Origin: Lama glama
Lineage: Eukaryota
NCBI GenBank assembly: GCA_028534125.1
Contig: CM052817.1
Span: 46,316,001 to 46,380,000, forward strand
DNA length: 64,000 bases
Direction: 5' to 3'
The notes under the pieces are model-generated. The model searched no databases. It was not told the origin of the DNA and saw only the letters and a list, made by a program, of their open reading frames with translations. The first letter of the stretch is position 1. Each line of letters begins with the position of its first letter. Made by a program: the position numbers and the translations under genes. Shown one piece after another: positions 1-13,580 of this stretch.

Positions 1-852
1 ACAGAAGCGGATAATGAGAAGAGGGAATGAGCCTGTAAAGATGAAGTGCAATGAAGAAATAAAAGGCGATGATTCTGGAAGTGAAAGCGGATGTGAACAG
101 AAGAACTGAAGGTGGCACAGCAAAGACAGAAGAGACATAGGCCAGCATAAAGGTAAGAACCATGAACGTAAAAAACAAGATAAACCTGCTTCAGTAGATT
201 TCTACCTGAATGTAAACGGGCTGTACAAGAAGTAGGCCATGACCCCAGAATGCTGACGCTGCACCCTTTGAAGCCATGTAGCTACGCAGCCACAGGAACG
301 TAATGAGGACAAACGGATCCAAATAAATGAGGAACGTGCTTATGACAAAAAGGACGACAACACCCCAGAGAAAGTGACACCAGGATAAAACCTCACATTA
401 AAGAAACTCTCAGAGACAGTTCATGACTTCAAAAGTACAAAGGACAAAACAGAAGCTGATCCAGACTTGGAAAGGAATATGACAGTTCAACTCACCAAGG
501 CACAGAAAAGATGCTTGGAAAAGAGCAAGCGCTCCGTATGAAGAGTTATAGGATGAGAGAAAGGAAGGTCAAACTCCTCTTGACGAGACTTTGCCAATGA
601 AATAAAACACTTTAATTCTCAGTGTTTCTAATGTTTTAAATCACAGTGTACTTAATATTAGTTTTACTATTTTTCATGTCATTATACATTTGCAAACCAC
701 AGTAAGAGAATTTTTGATGTTTTGAGAAAACATTTTAAAGGTCACAGAACAATAGCTATTTTCCCACTGATTTATTTAGATCGCTTTGACCAGCTGCAGC
801 AGACACAGTCATTTCTATGTTCTTGCACTGTTGTGCAAAGCCAGAACTGCAT
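1..852 (+). mobile_element. Ancient TcMar-Tigger DNA transposon remnant (3' part)
   Basis: Recognised Tigger-like sequence (cacattaaagaaactctcagag...gaagctgatccagacttggaaagg...) ending in TIR-like gtgcaaagccagaactg. Confidence 0.6.
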
Positions 853-1056
853 GTGTTGCCAAAGCCTACATTTTTCTTTCACAATTTTCAGTCATTGTAA
901 ATGTAAGTCATTCAGAAATTGTCACCTATTATATGCTAATATAAGAGCTAATCCCCTTCTGAACATATTTTATAAATTACTTGAGGTGTCAGCATATAAT
1001 GTTGAAAGGTGTCCTTACTCCTAACCGAACCAGACACATAGAAGAGCATTATGTAC

Positions 1057-1179
1057 CTGGCAGTGGCAACTGAACTAATATACCACTGACTCTTGGGTCC
1101 ATGTTCAACTGATCAGTTATATCCAAAAGTTCTTCCTGAGAAACGTCCTTAGGTTTTAGAATGATCTCACTACAGATAC
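1057..1179 (-). CDS. MTHFD2L: MTHFD2L coding exon 3; gene continues beyond the left edge
   Basis: Acceptor tttcttccag|GT; 123 nt encoding [41 protein letters not shown] with the GILVQLPLP motif; donor G|GTACAT. Confidence 0.96.
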
Positions 1180-1796
1180 CTGGAAGAAAAACAAGTACAG
1201 AAAGTCACTCGACTAACAAAGATGTGTTTTTCCATTAGTGATGTTTTATAGCATGTGATTGGCTCCCTCTGCTCCCGTCCCACGAGAAGGAAAGGTCCTT
1301 CTACAAAAATGATGTTCGAAGCACCATCAGAAGGGATTTCTCAAATAGTGCAGATGTTTTCTCATGATTCACATGCATTCTTTAGTCCAGGACCCCATGT
1401 GGCAAATTGCATTTATTGCCGATAAGCTACTGTCAGTAGATTTAAAGAGAATAAAAACACCAATACTGCCACCGCCACTACCAAGCCAAGTTGGACAGAG
1501 TGAACTGGCCAGGTTTACCATGCAATTAAAGCAAATGTGACAAAACCAGGCCCTTTAAATGTAAAGTGTTGCTCTCACATTTCATCATAGGATCTGAAAT
1601 CACACTGAATTGATTAAGTAAGAAAATCTGAAGAAAAAGAATAAGAAATGAAAATAAACTTTGGTAACTAAATAAAATAATAATACATGTTATTTGAATA
1701 GCACTGAGTTGACAGTTTTCATTCATAATTATCACACTTTGAGGTGAAACCAGAAAACATGATTTAGGAAAAAGCACAACTAAAACGCACGCCCAC

Positions 1797-1981
1797 CTAC
1801 AGCAGCGGCCGCTTTGACCTTCCTCCTGACGTAGGTGTGGCTGGCGGGGTCATCACCCACTAGAACGACGCTGAGGTGAGGCCTTCTGTTCCCAAGGGAA
1901 ATCCAAGAGTCCACACCTTGCCGTATTTCTTTCTGGATTTGTTTGGCCATTTCAGTTCCTGAGATAATAACTGCATCATGT
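1797..1981 (-). CDS. MTHFD2L: MTHFD2L coding exon 2 (methylenetetrahydrofolate dehydrogenase/cyclohydrolase)
   Basis: Acceptor ttttccacag|A; 185 nt encoding (R)HDAVIISGTEMAKQIQKEIRQGVDSWISLGNRRPHLSVVLVGDDPASHTYVRRKVKAAAAV(G) with the FolD-family YxxxK motif; donor G|GTGGGC; phases match exons 1 and 3. Confidence 0.96.
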
Positions 1982-3264
1982 CTGTGGAAAACAAAGAGAG
2001 AAATGTAGTACTAAAAAGGCACTAAGGAACATTCGACCACATAAATTTAAGGTACAAGAGTGAACAAGACATCTTTGATTCCCCAAGTGAGCAACCGGAA
2101 ATTGATTTTTTTCAAGTATATTCGACACACTCTTCAGGTTCAAAAATATATTATTAATTTTGTGAAGGATTCCAACTCTGCTTTTTGGTTCTACATTATA
2201 ATCTATCTACAGTAAACGTTTCTTCATGACTTTCACTTCATGATTTTTTTTTTAAATTATCAAACCACATACTCAAGATCTGGACTAAAATATTGACGCT
2301 ACTGAAGCCTCTGTTATTTTTTCAGAAGAGGCAGAGCAGCACAGTCTAGTTAAAGCCAGCACCCATCTTCAAAGCCCCAGGCCATGGGGTATAGACGCAG
2401 CACCGTAGTCTTTTGACCCAAAGGCAAAGTCAGTTCACTCCTAATAGTATACCCTGTACAAGACCCCCCAGTCATGAGCTCTGTACTACACAACTCTTCT
2501 AACCTACTCAAGGGAAAATGTTATTCCTCAGCTCCAGGACCACTGTGACAACAGCTGCCAGTCTTGCCATGCTCGTCATCGATCACGGTGGGGACCAGGC
2601 CAGTAAGCCCCACCCCCACACCATAGCATCACTTCTAGTAGAAAAACTGTACAAAACTACCTGGCGGTTTATCAGTGCCTAAGGTGGTAAGAAACACTGT
2701 ATGACGGATGACACATATCTCTAGAAAGGCACAAAGAAATGCATTACAGGAAGACTTCCCTACTCTCCCTGACATCAGACTTGAAAGTAGTGAATTAATG
2801 TGGCTCCTACTGCACGTTTTGTTTTTAAAGATACCTGGTAAAGTAACAGATGGTCCCTTCTTCCTGCTGCCCCTGTCCTTTCACTGTTGAAAGGCCTGAT
2901 GAAAGCATGAACTGTATAGCACATGAATATGACCCAAAATGCCAAATGCAGGTCAGTGAATATTGCGAAGAAGAGGAAAAGGAGGAAACAGAAGAAAAAG
3001 GGAGAAAAGAAAAACCTTATGGCACCTTCATTTTTTCAAGTACCTGGACACTTTTTATCTTCTAACAAGATCAGGCATCATGAATACCAGCCAATACAGA
3101 CAAAATGCAGATTTGCTGCCCCTTCCAGGGAAGTCAATTCCCCTCTCTAATAGGCCGGTGTACACATACGTAGACTCAGATAATACTCCATTTCAGTCTG
3201 GCACCAGTGATCCACAGCGTTCATCCAGATTTACACAATTTTGTTGCAAACAGTGTTCTGCTAA

Positions 3265-3450
3265 GAAATGATTCTGAAATGTGGTCTATGGATACATGTA
3301 TCAAAATTGCCTGGGAAGCTTACTGAACTTAAAGATTCCTAGACCCCACGACCACACCCATGATTCAGAATCCATGGAGGGGGCCTGGGAATCTGCACAT
3401 CTAACAGGTTCCCGCAGGTAATTCTTGTACATGACCATGTTTGAAAATCA
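3265..3450. mobile_element. MER5-like hAT-Charlie MITE
   Basis: gattcagaatc...ggggcctgggaatctgcacatctaacagg...gtttgaaaatca pattern. Confidence 0.6.
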
Positions 3451-3662
3451 TTTCTTCAGTTCAACACAAAAGTATATTTTAATAATAATCGTAACTGTGG
3501 GTAAACAACTTGAGCAAATAAAATGATTGGTTAGACATTACAATTGTAAGTACACTCTACTTTTGATTTTAATTTTGTCTACTTTTCACTGAAAATTTAA
3601 TAGCTTTCAAGACATGAAAGGTCATTGTAAATTCAGTGTACCAATCTTACTCTACTGTCCTA

Positions 3663-5320
3663 ATTTTATAATAGCTTTATTAGGGTGTAACTGACATACA
3701 ATATACTGCATATACTTAACGTGTACAATTTGATGTTTTAATGTGTGTATATACCTGGGAAACCATCACCAAAATCAAGAAAATAAACATATCTATCACC
3801 CCCAAAAGTTTCCTGGTAATCCTTTTTTAATCTCACTATTCCATCTGTCCCTGCCATGTCCCCAGACAACACTGGTCTGCTTTCTGTTGCTATATATTAG
3901 TTTGTATTATCATGAATTTTATAAAAATGGAATCATGCACTACATACTCCATTTTATCCAGCTACTTTGACTCAGCACAATTAAAATTCATTCATGTTGC
4001 TGCACATATCAGTAGTGCATTTCTTTTCATTGCTGAGTAGCTTTCCATTGTAACGACATACCAAAATGTGTATATCCACTTAATGGTTGATGGATATTTA
4101 TGTTGTTTCCAGTTTTTAGTCATGACAAACAAAGCTGCTATAAACATTCATGGGCAAGTCTTGTATGCACATGTGCTTTCATTTCTCTTGAGCAAATATC
4201 TAGGAACAGAATGACTGGGTCATATGGTATGTTTAAATTTGTAAGAAACTGTCAATCTGTTTTCCAAAGTTGTATCATTTTACATTTCTGCAAGCAGTAT
4301 ACAAGAGTTCCAGTTGCTCCACATACTTGCCATCACTTGGTATGGTCAGTCTTTTAAATTTTGGACAATCTAGTGGCTATATGGCAGCATCTGACTGTGC
4401 TTTTAATTTGCATTCCCCAGATGAATAATGATGTTGAGCACTTTTTTCATGTGCTTACACAGCATCTGCCTATCTTCTTTGGTGAATTGTGTGATTTGAG
4501 TTTTTGCCCTTTAATATTGAATTTTGAGAGTTCTTCATATATCCTTGATTCAAGTCCTTCATCAGATATGTGATTTGACATATTTCCATTCTATTAACTG
4601 TGTCTTTGGATGCTAAGTTCTCAATTTTGATGTATTTCAATTAATTTTCCTTTTATGGTTTATGCTTTTGGTATTGTGTCTAAGAAATTTTTTGCGTAAC
4701 TCAAGGTCACAAACATTTTCTCCAATGTTTCCTTATAGAAGTTTTATGGGTTTAGGTTACACATTCAGTTTTATGATTTAGTTCTATTCCTAGTTTGATG
4801 AGGCTCTGTATCAGAATACTGTCAAATGCTTTTTCTGTGTCTATTAAGAAGATCATATAATCATATGCTTTTTTGGTTTTAGTCTATTAATATGTTAAAT
4901 TACATTGATTAATTTTCAAATGTGAAACCAACCTTGCAGTCCTAGGATAAACTTCCCACCTATCATTTCCAGATATTTTGGATTTCATCAAAATTTTAAG
5001 ACAGAATGTTTGTACCTATGTACATGAGAGGTACTTGTAGATTTCCTTTCTTGTACTATCTCTGCATGCTTTTGGTGTCAGGGTGATGCTGCCCTCAGAG
5101 AATGTGCTAGGAAGTATCCTATCCCCTTCAAATTTCCAGAAGAGTTTGTGTAGAATTCGTATTATTTCTTCCCTAAATGTTTGGTAGACTTCACCTGTGA
5201 AGCCATCTGGTCCTGGAGCTTTCTGGGTTGTAAGGTTTAAAACTACAAATTAACTTTTTAATATAGAGGGCTCTTCAGGTTATTTATTATTTCTTGAGTG
5301 AGCTTTTGTAGTTTGCCTTT
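3663..5320 (-). mobile_element. Old L1 (L1M-type) 3' end and ORF2 fragments, antisense
   Basis: Starts agctttattagggtgtaactgacatacaat...; contains typical antisense L1 tracts (gctgggtcatatggt-like, gatgttgagcacttttttcatgtgc). Confidence 0.75.
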
Positions 5321-6569
5321 GTACATTCTAGTAATTAGTATGTAATTACAATCATAGACTAAATCAAGTTAAGATAAAAATATATTCATTTTGAGTTTAA
5401 ATTTTATTTTTCATGACTAAGTAACAAGCTTTTTCCACTATTTACTTTGAATTCCTGGTGCACATTTTTTAGTAATTCATTTAAGTAGAATTTTAACACT
5501 AAGAGAACAAGGACTCTTACATTAACAAATACGAAGGGTTGCAGACACTGCAAATAATTCCAGCATGACTCATTTATAAGGCAGTAAAAATTACTTTCTA
5601 AAAATTTATCGTGTCAGCAATATTCAGATAGGTAAAATACTCTACTATAGAAGCCAGTTTATCTGCTAATATACTAGAATTCACTCTTAAGAACATTATT
5701 TTTATTTTAAAATATAAAGCCATCTGAGTTCTATGTTACATTTTATAACATATGAATAGCAATACAGCTGCGCACGTGTTTTATTAGCTGATTCTCTGTT
5801 AAACACAATGACTTATTTATGGGCTACTGTGAAACTGGCAATCACTGAGCATAAGCATCCAGGTTACCGATGCCCTAGACACTACAAAGCTGTGTCAACC
5901 TGAGGATGGTGGAGGTAACAATGGCGTAAACTGATTCATCACTTCCATAAAGACAGTCTATCTACAGATGAAACTTGACTACACCTTCTGTGTTGGGGTC
6001 TGAGGTGACAGGGCTTCCTTTACATCACAGCACTGATGTGCTAAGTCAGTTTGCTAATTACAGCTGAAATGGTAAAGCCTGGCCTCGCTGGTGTTTATGA
6101 GTAAACACACATAAGACTCCCACCCAATTATGTATACGGACTTAGAGCATTTTCAGTAGCAACTGGTCCATTCCATTGATTCCCTCAGTCACTGCAGAGC
6201 CTCGCAACTCTCCCACGTCTCTGTGGGAGACGTGATATAAAGATAAATGAAGCAACTTGGGATTAGCGGAGGTCCAACAGGAGGATGCCTGTATCAGCTG
6301 ATATGCTGGAAGGACTGGTAAACACACACATTCATAGCTCACATAAAAGACTTTAGTGCATAAGGAGATGAGATTTTTTTTTTCAACACACATATTGGTG
6401 AAAAATGTTAAGTATCAGCAACAACCCAAATTTCCAGCCACAGAAGCATACAACTCCTAGGAATTCTCCCTGGCTCAAGTCTTGAATTCTGCCAACCCAT
6501 TTTCCACACTGCAGCCAGAGTGATTTTCCAAATGGAATCATATCACTTCCCTCATTAAATCCACATGTC

Positions 6570-7370
6570 CAATTTTTATTAATTTAATAAATACATATTG
6601 AAATCAACTATATGCCAGGCACTATTCTAGGCATCAGGAATATAAATAATACGGAACAAATGGGTCACTTTCATGAAAATTATATTCCAGTTAGAGAAGA
6701 CATAAGCAAATTTTTTTAAAAAGCAAATATTTAACATATCATATGTACAAATTGAAAGAAAAGGCATACCTGGAGGCCAGAATTACCATGTTACATAGGT
6801 GGATTAAGGTGTCACTTCTCTGATTAATCAGGTGGCATTGAAGGAGAATTCTAGGCTAAATTAGGAAGTACACAGCAAGCACAAAAGACAAGGCAGGAGC
6901 ATGCCTGGCATGTCTGATGAGTAACAAGGAGGCCAGTGGCTGCAGTGGAAAGAACAAATGGACCAGAACAGGACATGAAGTCAGAGAAGTAGTGTGACAT
7001 CAGATCACACAGGGTTCGACAGGCCTTCAGAAGGGCATTTGCTTTTATTGTGAGATAGAAAGCTGTCTGGAGATTTTGAGGAGTGCCATTTCCTAATTCA
7101 GCGATAACTGGTTAAAATGCGGAGGACAGACTCAATGGAAGGAAGGGGGGAAGCGGGGAAGTAGGGACACCAGTTAAGAGGCTAGTGTGGTATTCCAGGT
7201 AAGGGATGATGGTGGCTTGGACAAGGCGGATAGCAGTGGAGGTGATTAGTAGCCTGATTTAGAATCTATTTTGAGGGTGGGGCCACTGGGAGATTGGTTG
7301 TAGGGTGTGAGAAAAAGAACACGAGTCAAATATGACTCCAAAATTTTTGACCTGAGAAACTGAAAAACAG
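6570..7370 (-). mobile_element. L2 LINE remnant
   Basis: aataaatacatattg...tatgccaggcactattctaggca...gatgatggtggcttggac...tgactccaaaatttttgacctgag, typical of L2. Confidence 0.7.
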
Positions 7371-7899
7371 GAGTTTTAACTCAAATCCAAATGTCCTGTG
7401 GCTTACACACTCCTGCATGAGTTTTCTTCAGCCTCACTGTGCTCACCAAGTCCCACACTACACATAGCTAAATCTCAGCTTATCAACCACGACAGGTTCC
7501 ATTCCTGAGAATTCACTTGTACTATTCCCTCGACTTGAAACACTGTTCTTCCTTAATACCTAAGAGTATTTTGCACATTGTATGTGTTTATTAAATATCT
7601 GTGGAATTCTCAGAGTTAAATTTTTATTATAATTTGCACAATTTGTATCTTTTACTATGCAGCCACTGAAAATAATTAACTATAAAAACATCAATATATG
7701 AAAATATTCATTGTATAAAATTAAGTGAAGAAATTAAATGAAAAATTGTAGGTTCATAATTATAACTGTTAAAATGTGAATGCATATGACTAAAGATTAA
7801 AAGGGAAAACATAAAATAAAATGGTGAAATAGGTAGTATTCTGGATATTTATCTTTCTATCTTAAAATATTTTAAATGTTATCAAATAGATCTTGAATG

Positions 7900-8800
7900 A
7901 TATTAAGTGAGTAGATGCAAAATATAAAACACATGAAAAGAAAACAATTATAGTAAAATTAAAAACCTTGTCACCCAGTTTAAGAAAAATAGTATCATCA
8001 TCACTGAAACTGTCTATATAACCCTCCCCTACCAAAAACTTTTTCCTTTCTCATAGAGTTAAATATGATCCTGAAATTTTGGTTTATAATTCCATTGTTC
8101 GTTTTTACCATTTAACCTAATGTTTGTATCTCTAAACATTAAAAATATAACAATATACATTATTATTATAATAATATACACCGTATATACTATGTGTGAT
8201 AATTTATAATATACATGATCTACATGACATCTATCACATTTATATATGTATATAATATGAAATATGAGAATATTTCTCTAACGTTTACACCCAGGAATAG
8301 AATTGTGGGATTATAAGATCATTTACGTATGTTCAATTTATGCCATCTTTCTTGTTTTCCAAAGTGATTGCACTAGTTCACAAGTCCACCAGTAGTATTT
8401 AAGAATTTCTATTGCTCTACTTCCTTGATTTTGTCAAAGCTTTTAATTTAACCAATTAGTTAATGGAATTTTGTTGTGATTTTAATATGCATTTTCCTGA
8501 TCACTACAGGTTGGATATCTTATAGGTTTAATGGCCATTTGGCATTCCTCTTGATGGAATGCCTGTTCATCTCTTGACCATTTTTCTAATGAATTATTAG
8601 CCCGTGCCTAATTTGAAGAAGTTATTTATGCATTCTGAATATTAATCTTATATTAGTTATATCTGTGTATCAAGTATCATAGTATGTGGCTTGTCTTTTC
8701 ATTTATTAAATGGTTACTTTTGATGAGTTCTTGATTTTAATGTGAAACTCAACCATCTTTGCCTCTAGTGTCCACTTTTTGTCTCTTAAGAAAATCTCCA
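7900..8800 (-). mobile_element. Old L1 (L1ME-like) fragment
   Basis: cccaggaatagaattgtggg...gttttccaaagtgattgcac...ttttaatatgcattttcctgat antisense L1 motifs. Confidence 0.55.
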
Positions 8801-9554
8801 CCATTTCTGACAAAATTTCTTTTACAGAACACAACAGGACTCAGTTAAGACAGACTGGCTAAGGAATTGTCAGGAACTTTTTGAGATTCTGTATAGGCTA
8901 GACCTAAAAATCCCACAGGGTTTAATTAAAATATCTATAAAGAGCTTCTGCCGAGCCTTGGTTAGGAATCTCTGGTTTATGCCCCCATTACTCTCAAAGC
9001 AGGAGTCCCCACTCTAGTATTCCTGAATAGGGGTCAGCTACTTTCCATATAAGGAAACCTGTGAAGCATATGTACTCGAAACTGGTCACAGGACTCTTTA
9101 TCCAGAATAGTGTGCAAATAAGCTAGAATCTACCAAATAAAGTATAAGTTGATAACAAATTAACAAATATTGTACACATAAACAGTTTTGTAACTAAATT
9201 AAAAAGCTTTTGTGAAGTTTATATTGAACACAAAAAAATTTCATCACAGCAGAATGTATTCTCTTTATTCCCTACATCGGATTTTAGAAATGTATTTAAA
9301 AATCTATTTTGTAAATGAGTCCAAAAGACCTAAAAGCGTTGCATTTTGTTCAAAATTTGTTGAAAACTGTTAATCAATATATTAAAAAAAATAGACCAAG
9401 GCAGGTGGGACTTCAGATTTGAAACTTTCAGTGAGTTGCAATCACTGAAATCAAAGCTTACAAACAGAAATGTTTCCCCTCAAAAGCGAGGGAAACACTG
9501 AACTAATTAAACAATGATGGCTCAAACAGTATACAAGCGATTTTGAAATTCTAT

Positions 9555-10494
9555 TGTTGTGTGTTGAATTGTGACCCTAAGAAGGTATGTTCAAATCCTA
9601 ATCTCTGGTATCTGTGACCTTTTCTGGAAATAAAGTATTTGCAGATGTAATTAAGATGGAGGATGAAGTCATACCGGCGTGGACCATTAATCCAGCATGA
9701 CTGCCGTCCTTGTAGGAAGAGAAGACACAGGCAAGAGAGCCATATGACCACAGAGGCAGGGGTGGAGTCCCACAGTTATAGACAAGGAAAACCAAGGACT
9801 GCCAGCAACAACAGGCTAGAAAAGCATGGTCCTGCCGATACGCTGGTTTCAGATTTCTAGCCTCCACAAATGTGAGGATACATTTTTTGTTGTTTTAAGC
9901 TGATGGGGTTCAGGGCAAGTTGCCCCAAGATGTGCCACACACATTATTTCATGCTGAAACAAGCAAGGGCCAAAAGACTCAGGAAGAATGTTTGAAATTC
10001 CTCCTAAATGCCTAAGAGAATTTAAGATAGGAGGCCTGTTTCAGGAAGGCGCTGTCACCACAGATAACCATGGTACAACCACAGATAAACATAGTAGAGT
10101 ATGAACTAGGTGTGGTAGACAAGGAGGAAGCTAGCAAGACCCATTTGATCAAAATCCTCTCTGTGTCCCACTGTCTCTAGATGACACAGCAAACATTTAA
10201 CAAACAGTAACTCTTCACCTTCCTTACTTCTGTTTTCCCAGACCCTTACCTTCTTCTCCTTAGTCTAGAATAACATACAAACCTCATCTTGCCTTACTGT
10301 CTTAGGAATTCTCCATGTTTATGTGAACTTCCCATACATACATAATAACCTTGATTTTCTCCTGTTCATCTGTCTTATGTCATTTTAATTACCAGCTCAA
10401 GGAACTGAGAGACAAAAGAGGGGAATATCGTCTCCTCCACAAAGCCATCTAGTTTGCGGTACTTTGTTTATGGTAGCCTTAGTAAACAAATACA
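9555..10494 (+). mobile_element. MaLR (MLT1-type) LTR interrupted by a nested ERV1-type solo LTR
   Basis: MLT1 start tgttgtgtgttgaattgtgacc and end gccttagtaaacaaataca; near-identical 5-bp flanks tctat/tctac. Confidence 0.75.
9901..10441 (+). mobile_element. ERV1-type solo LTR
   Basis: TG...CA termini (tgatggggttcagg...ctccaca) flanked by 4-bp TSD AAGC (9897-9900, 10442-10445). Confidence 0.75.
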
Positions 10495-10997
10495 TCTACA
10501 ATCCAATTTAAAATGTTCCAATTGTGGGAAGAGCTTTTGATAAAGTTCCTATTTTTCACTGAATAAATTCATAGTTTGTAATTTAATGGAATACAATTGA
10601 GAAGACCTATCATTTACTGCATCTATAAATAATAAAATATTTTAAATCATAAATAGGCACAACTTATTTGATAACTTTTATCTTAAATATTTGTCAAAGA
10701 AAGGTACTTTGAAAGGAGACATGAAGATAGCACCTGTGAAAATTATTTAGGTTGAAATATCTTCACATTCAATATTTTAAAAACTAGAATTGAGACTATG
10801 TTCCATTTAGCAGTTTGTTCTGAGTTTACCAGGTTCTTTAGCATCTGTAGTGACAGTATTTTTAAAACCAAAAAATACTACTGTCTAAAGAAAAGAGTAA
10901 TTAAGAAAACTGCAGCAAATTTAACTTGTTTTTTTTTCAGAAAAGTATCAGAAACTAGGTGTTAAAGGAAGATATGGCTAAGAAACTGATTCAGGTT

Positions 10998-11206
10998 TGG
11001 TTGACCTCTGAACAAAATGTGTTTGCACTGCGTAGGTCCACTTGTTCTTAGATCTTTTTCACTAAAAAGGTACCACAGTGCTACATGATTCCCAGTTGGT
11101 TGAATCTGAGGATGCAGAACTGTAAATACAGAGGGCCAACTGTGAAGGTTTCTGACTATGTGGAGGGTCAGCATCCCTAACCTCTGCATTGTTCAAGAGT
11201 CAACTG
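10998..11206. mobile_element. Tigger2-related (MER8-like) MITE
   Basis: Inverted termini gttgacctctgaacaa ... ttgttcaagagtcaactg. Confidence 0.75.
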
Positions 11207-12814
11207 CATGGCAATGTGCACCAAGAATGTGTCACATGTTAAAAGTTAATATTTGCATAGTTAACACAAACATTTAAGGGTATTAATAAAAATTAAGATA
11301 AAAAACTTAAACTGTTTTAATGTATAAGGATATAAATTACCTTTTAAAAATGTTAACTTTGAAAATAGTTTTGAATAGAATTATTTTATAGGTTGCCTAA
11401 TATAAATCAATAAATATTCTAAATATGTAACTTTCATCACTTTTTACTCTTAAAAATTTGCTGGTTTCATCAAAAAATTATACAGTCACATTGCCATTAA
11501 TACACATCAAAAGTGAAGTCAATTTGACCCCTTAGATAGCTTTCATACAAGGCACCCTGTCATTACTCGCTCAGGTGTCATTTCCTAAAAAGACAGAAAT
11601 GTTGCAAGTCACCCCCAGAGAAGGCAGGACTTCTCTTTAGCACTTTATTCTCTTTCAGTACTTTATTCTCACCCCATTGCTAGGCTAGCACTAAGTGTGA
11701 CTTCATTAGGAGGCAATAAATCAGAGTGGAAGGCGGATGGGAGGAGGTTAGTAGGGCAACACAATTCAGTACAAATTACTCACCCAAAGCCAGAAGTCCT
11801 GAGTCCCAGCCCTGGTTCACCCTTAGTAGCTATAATGAAATTGGACAAGTCACTTAACTGCTCTCAAAGGCTTTCAATTTTCTCATCTATACAATGGGAA
11901 TGGTCTCTGTTGACCTTACATAAGAGAATTTGGCTAAGAGTTGATTGGCTGATTTGTAAAAATGGCTCTCTCTCCTAGTTTCTGTTAAGTAACAGATGGA
12001 CACCTGTTCAGAGAACCAAAAGTAATATGGCACCAGAAAGCCATCAGCATTTAGCGCTGTTTCTAAGAGCTTGATTATTTACCTATACTTTCCAGAAAAT
12101 AAATTGTAACCATCCTAATCTATGGTTACTAAAACTAAATGAAGTGTTTAATTAACTAAAGCAAAGCAGTAAACAGGAGAGAAAAAAATCAGGACTTTCC
12201 TGTGTATCAAAACATTCCTTTACAAAATAGTAAAGTAACAGCAAATAAAATCTACCCAAGATCAAGAGTGTATCTAATTTGTATACTTGACATTTTGCTT
12301 CTGCATCTACGTTTTAATCTCACTTTCAACCACAACTTTAATTAGAGCTGCAGTAAACAGTTTTATGATCTACAAAGGTGAAAAAGCCTAATACAATCAT
12401 GAGCAATTTAAACATCTCTGCAGGTCTTAACATAGTTTCATTGATATGAAATCCAAAGGAACCAGGGTAAAATTACATGTGGAATAAAACCAATCACTAG
12501 TACTAGGGAGACTTTTGAAGTAAACGAATGTTTTTAAAGTAAATGAATACTTAGGAATGTTAAGTTTATGGCCTTTTAAAAACATTCATTTCATATCCTA
12601 AATACTATCTTACACTGTGAAGTAATTTTATCAGAAATTATACTTCTGCAAATCAATACAATGTAAAACAAGTTCTTTTCATTAAGTATGACTGTTATTC
12701 AGTTTTGTAACTTAACTTTCAGGGCCCTAACTTGTAACTTGGAAGATCAGTAGCTACCTAAACACACATACTTTTTCAGAAAAATCTTAGATGCTAAGCT
12801 TTATACCATAAGAA

Positions 12815-13205
12815 TCCTTGGCAGTCTGTTGAACCCTATGGACACCTTCTCAGAACAACCTTTTTAAGTGTTTAATATAGGATATACAGGTTTACAAGGA
12901 AGCCAGTTTTATTGAAATACTGTTATCAAACATTTTTTTAAAAGCATTAAATAAAAGGATCTAATAGCAAGTCTAATAACTACCATAATACCAGAGTAGT
13001 GGTGAGTGTGTGTTTTGAGATCTCTGCCTCAACTCTGTGATATTAAAATATCTGTATTTTTACTGGAAACCTCACAAGTACTGCTAATACTACTGTGGTG
13101 TGTTGCCAACATTCATAATTGAAGAAAATGCTAAATTTATCAGAGGTTAGTGACCTCCCATCTAAGTTTAAGGAGGTCTAAATTCTTCTCATGAAGTCCC
13201 AGGTT
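12815..13205. mobile_element. hAT-Charlie-like DNA transposon remnant
   Basis: ccttggcagtctgttgaaccctatggacaccttctcagaac... recognised as an old hAT element; subfamily uncertain. Confidence 0.5.
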
Positions 13206-13319
13206 ACCTGGTGGTGAGGGAATCTGACAGTATTTAGTATCTATATGCAAAATTAGTTTTCTTGACTCACAGGAGTTCTATGAGATTTAATAAATGTTTT
13301 GAAAAAGAGGAAAAGCAAC

Positions 13320-13580
13320 AGTGAGATATGACAATTATAAATTGCATATAGAGTAAAGCACTGGGTTGCGTGCAGCTTCAAATCCTGTCTTCACTATTTA
13401 TTTCTTGTGTTATCTTGGACAAGTTATTTAATTTCTCTATGTCCCAACCTGTTCTCAATCTGTTAAATGGGAATAGTAACAGTGTCTACTTCCTTCAGTT
13501 GTTGTAAGGACAAAGGACATACTGTATGTGAAAAATTCTATCAAAGTGCTTAACACAGAGTAAGAGATCATTAAATATTA
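13320..13580 (+). mobile_element. MIR SINE (other MIR-like copies near 11770, 18790, 26540, 32960, 43290, 49470, 51480, 61840, 62150)
   Basis: ttcaaatcctgtcttcacta...tcttggacaagttatttaatttctct...ctgttaaatgggaatagtaacagtgtctac MIR core. Confidence 0.7.
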
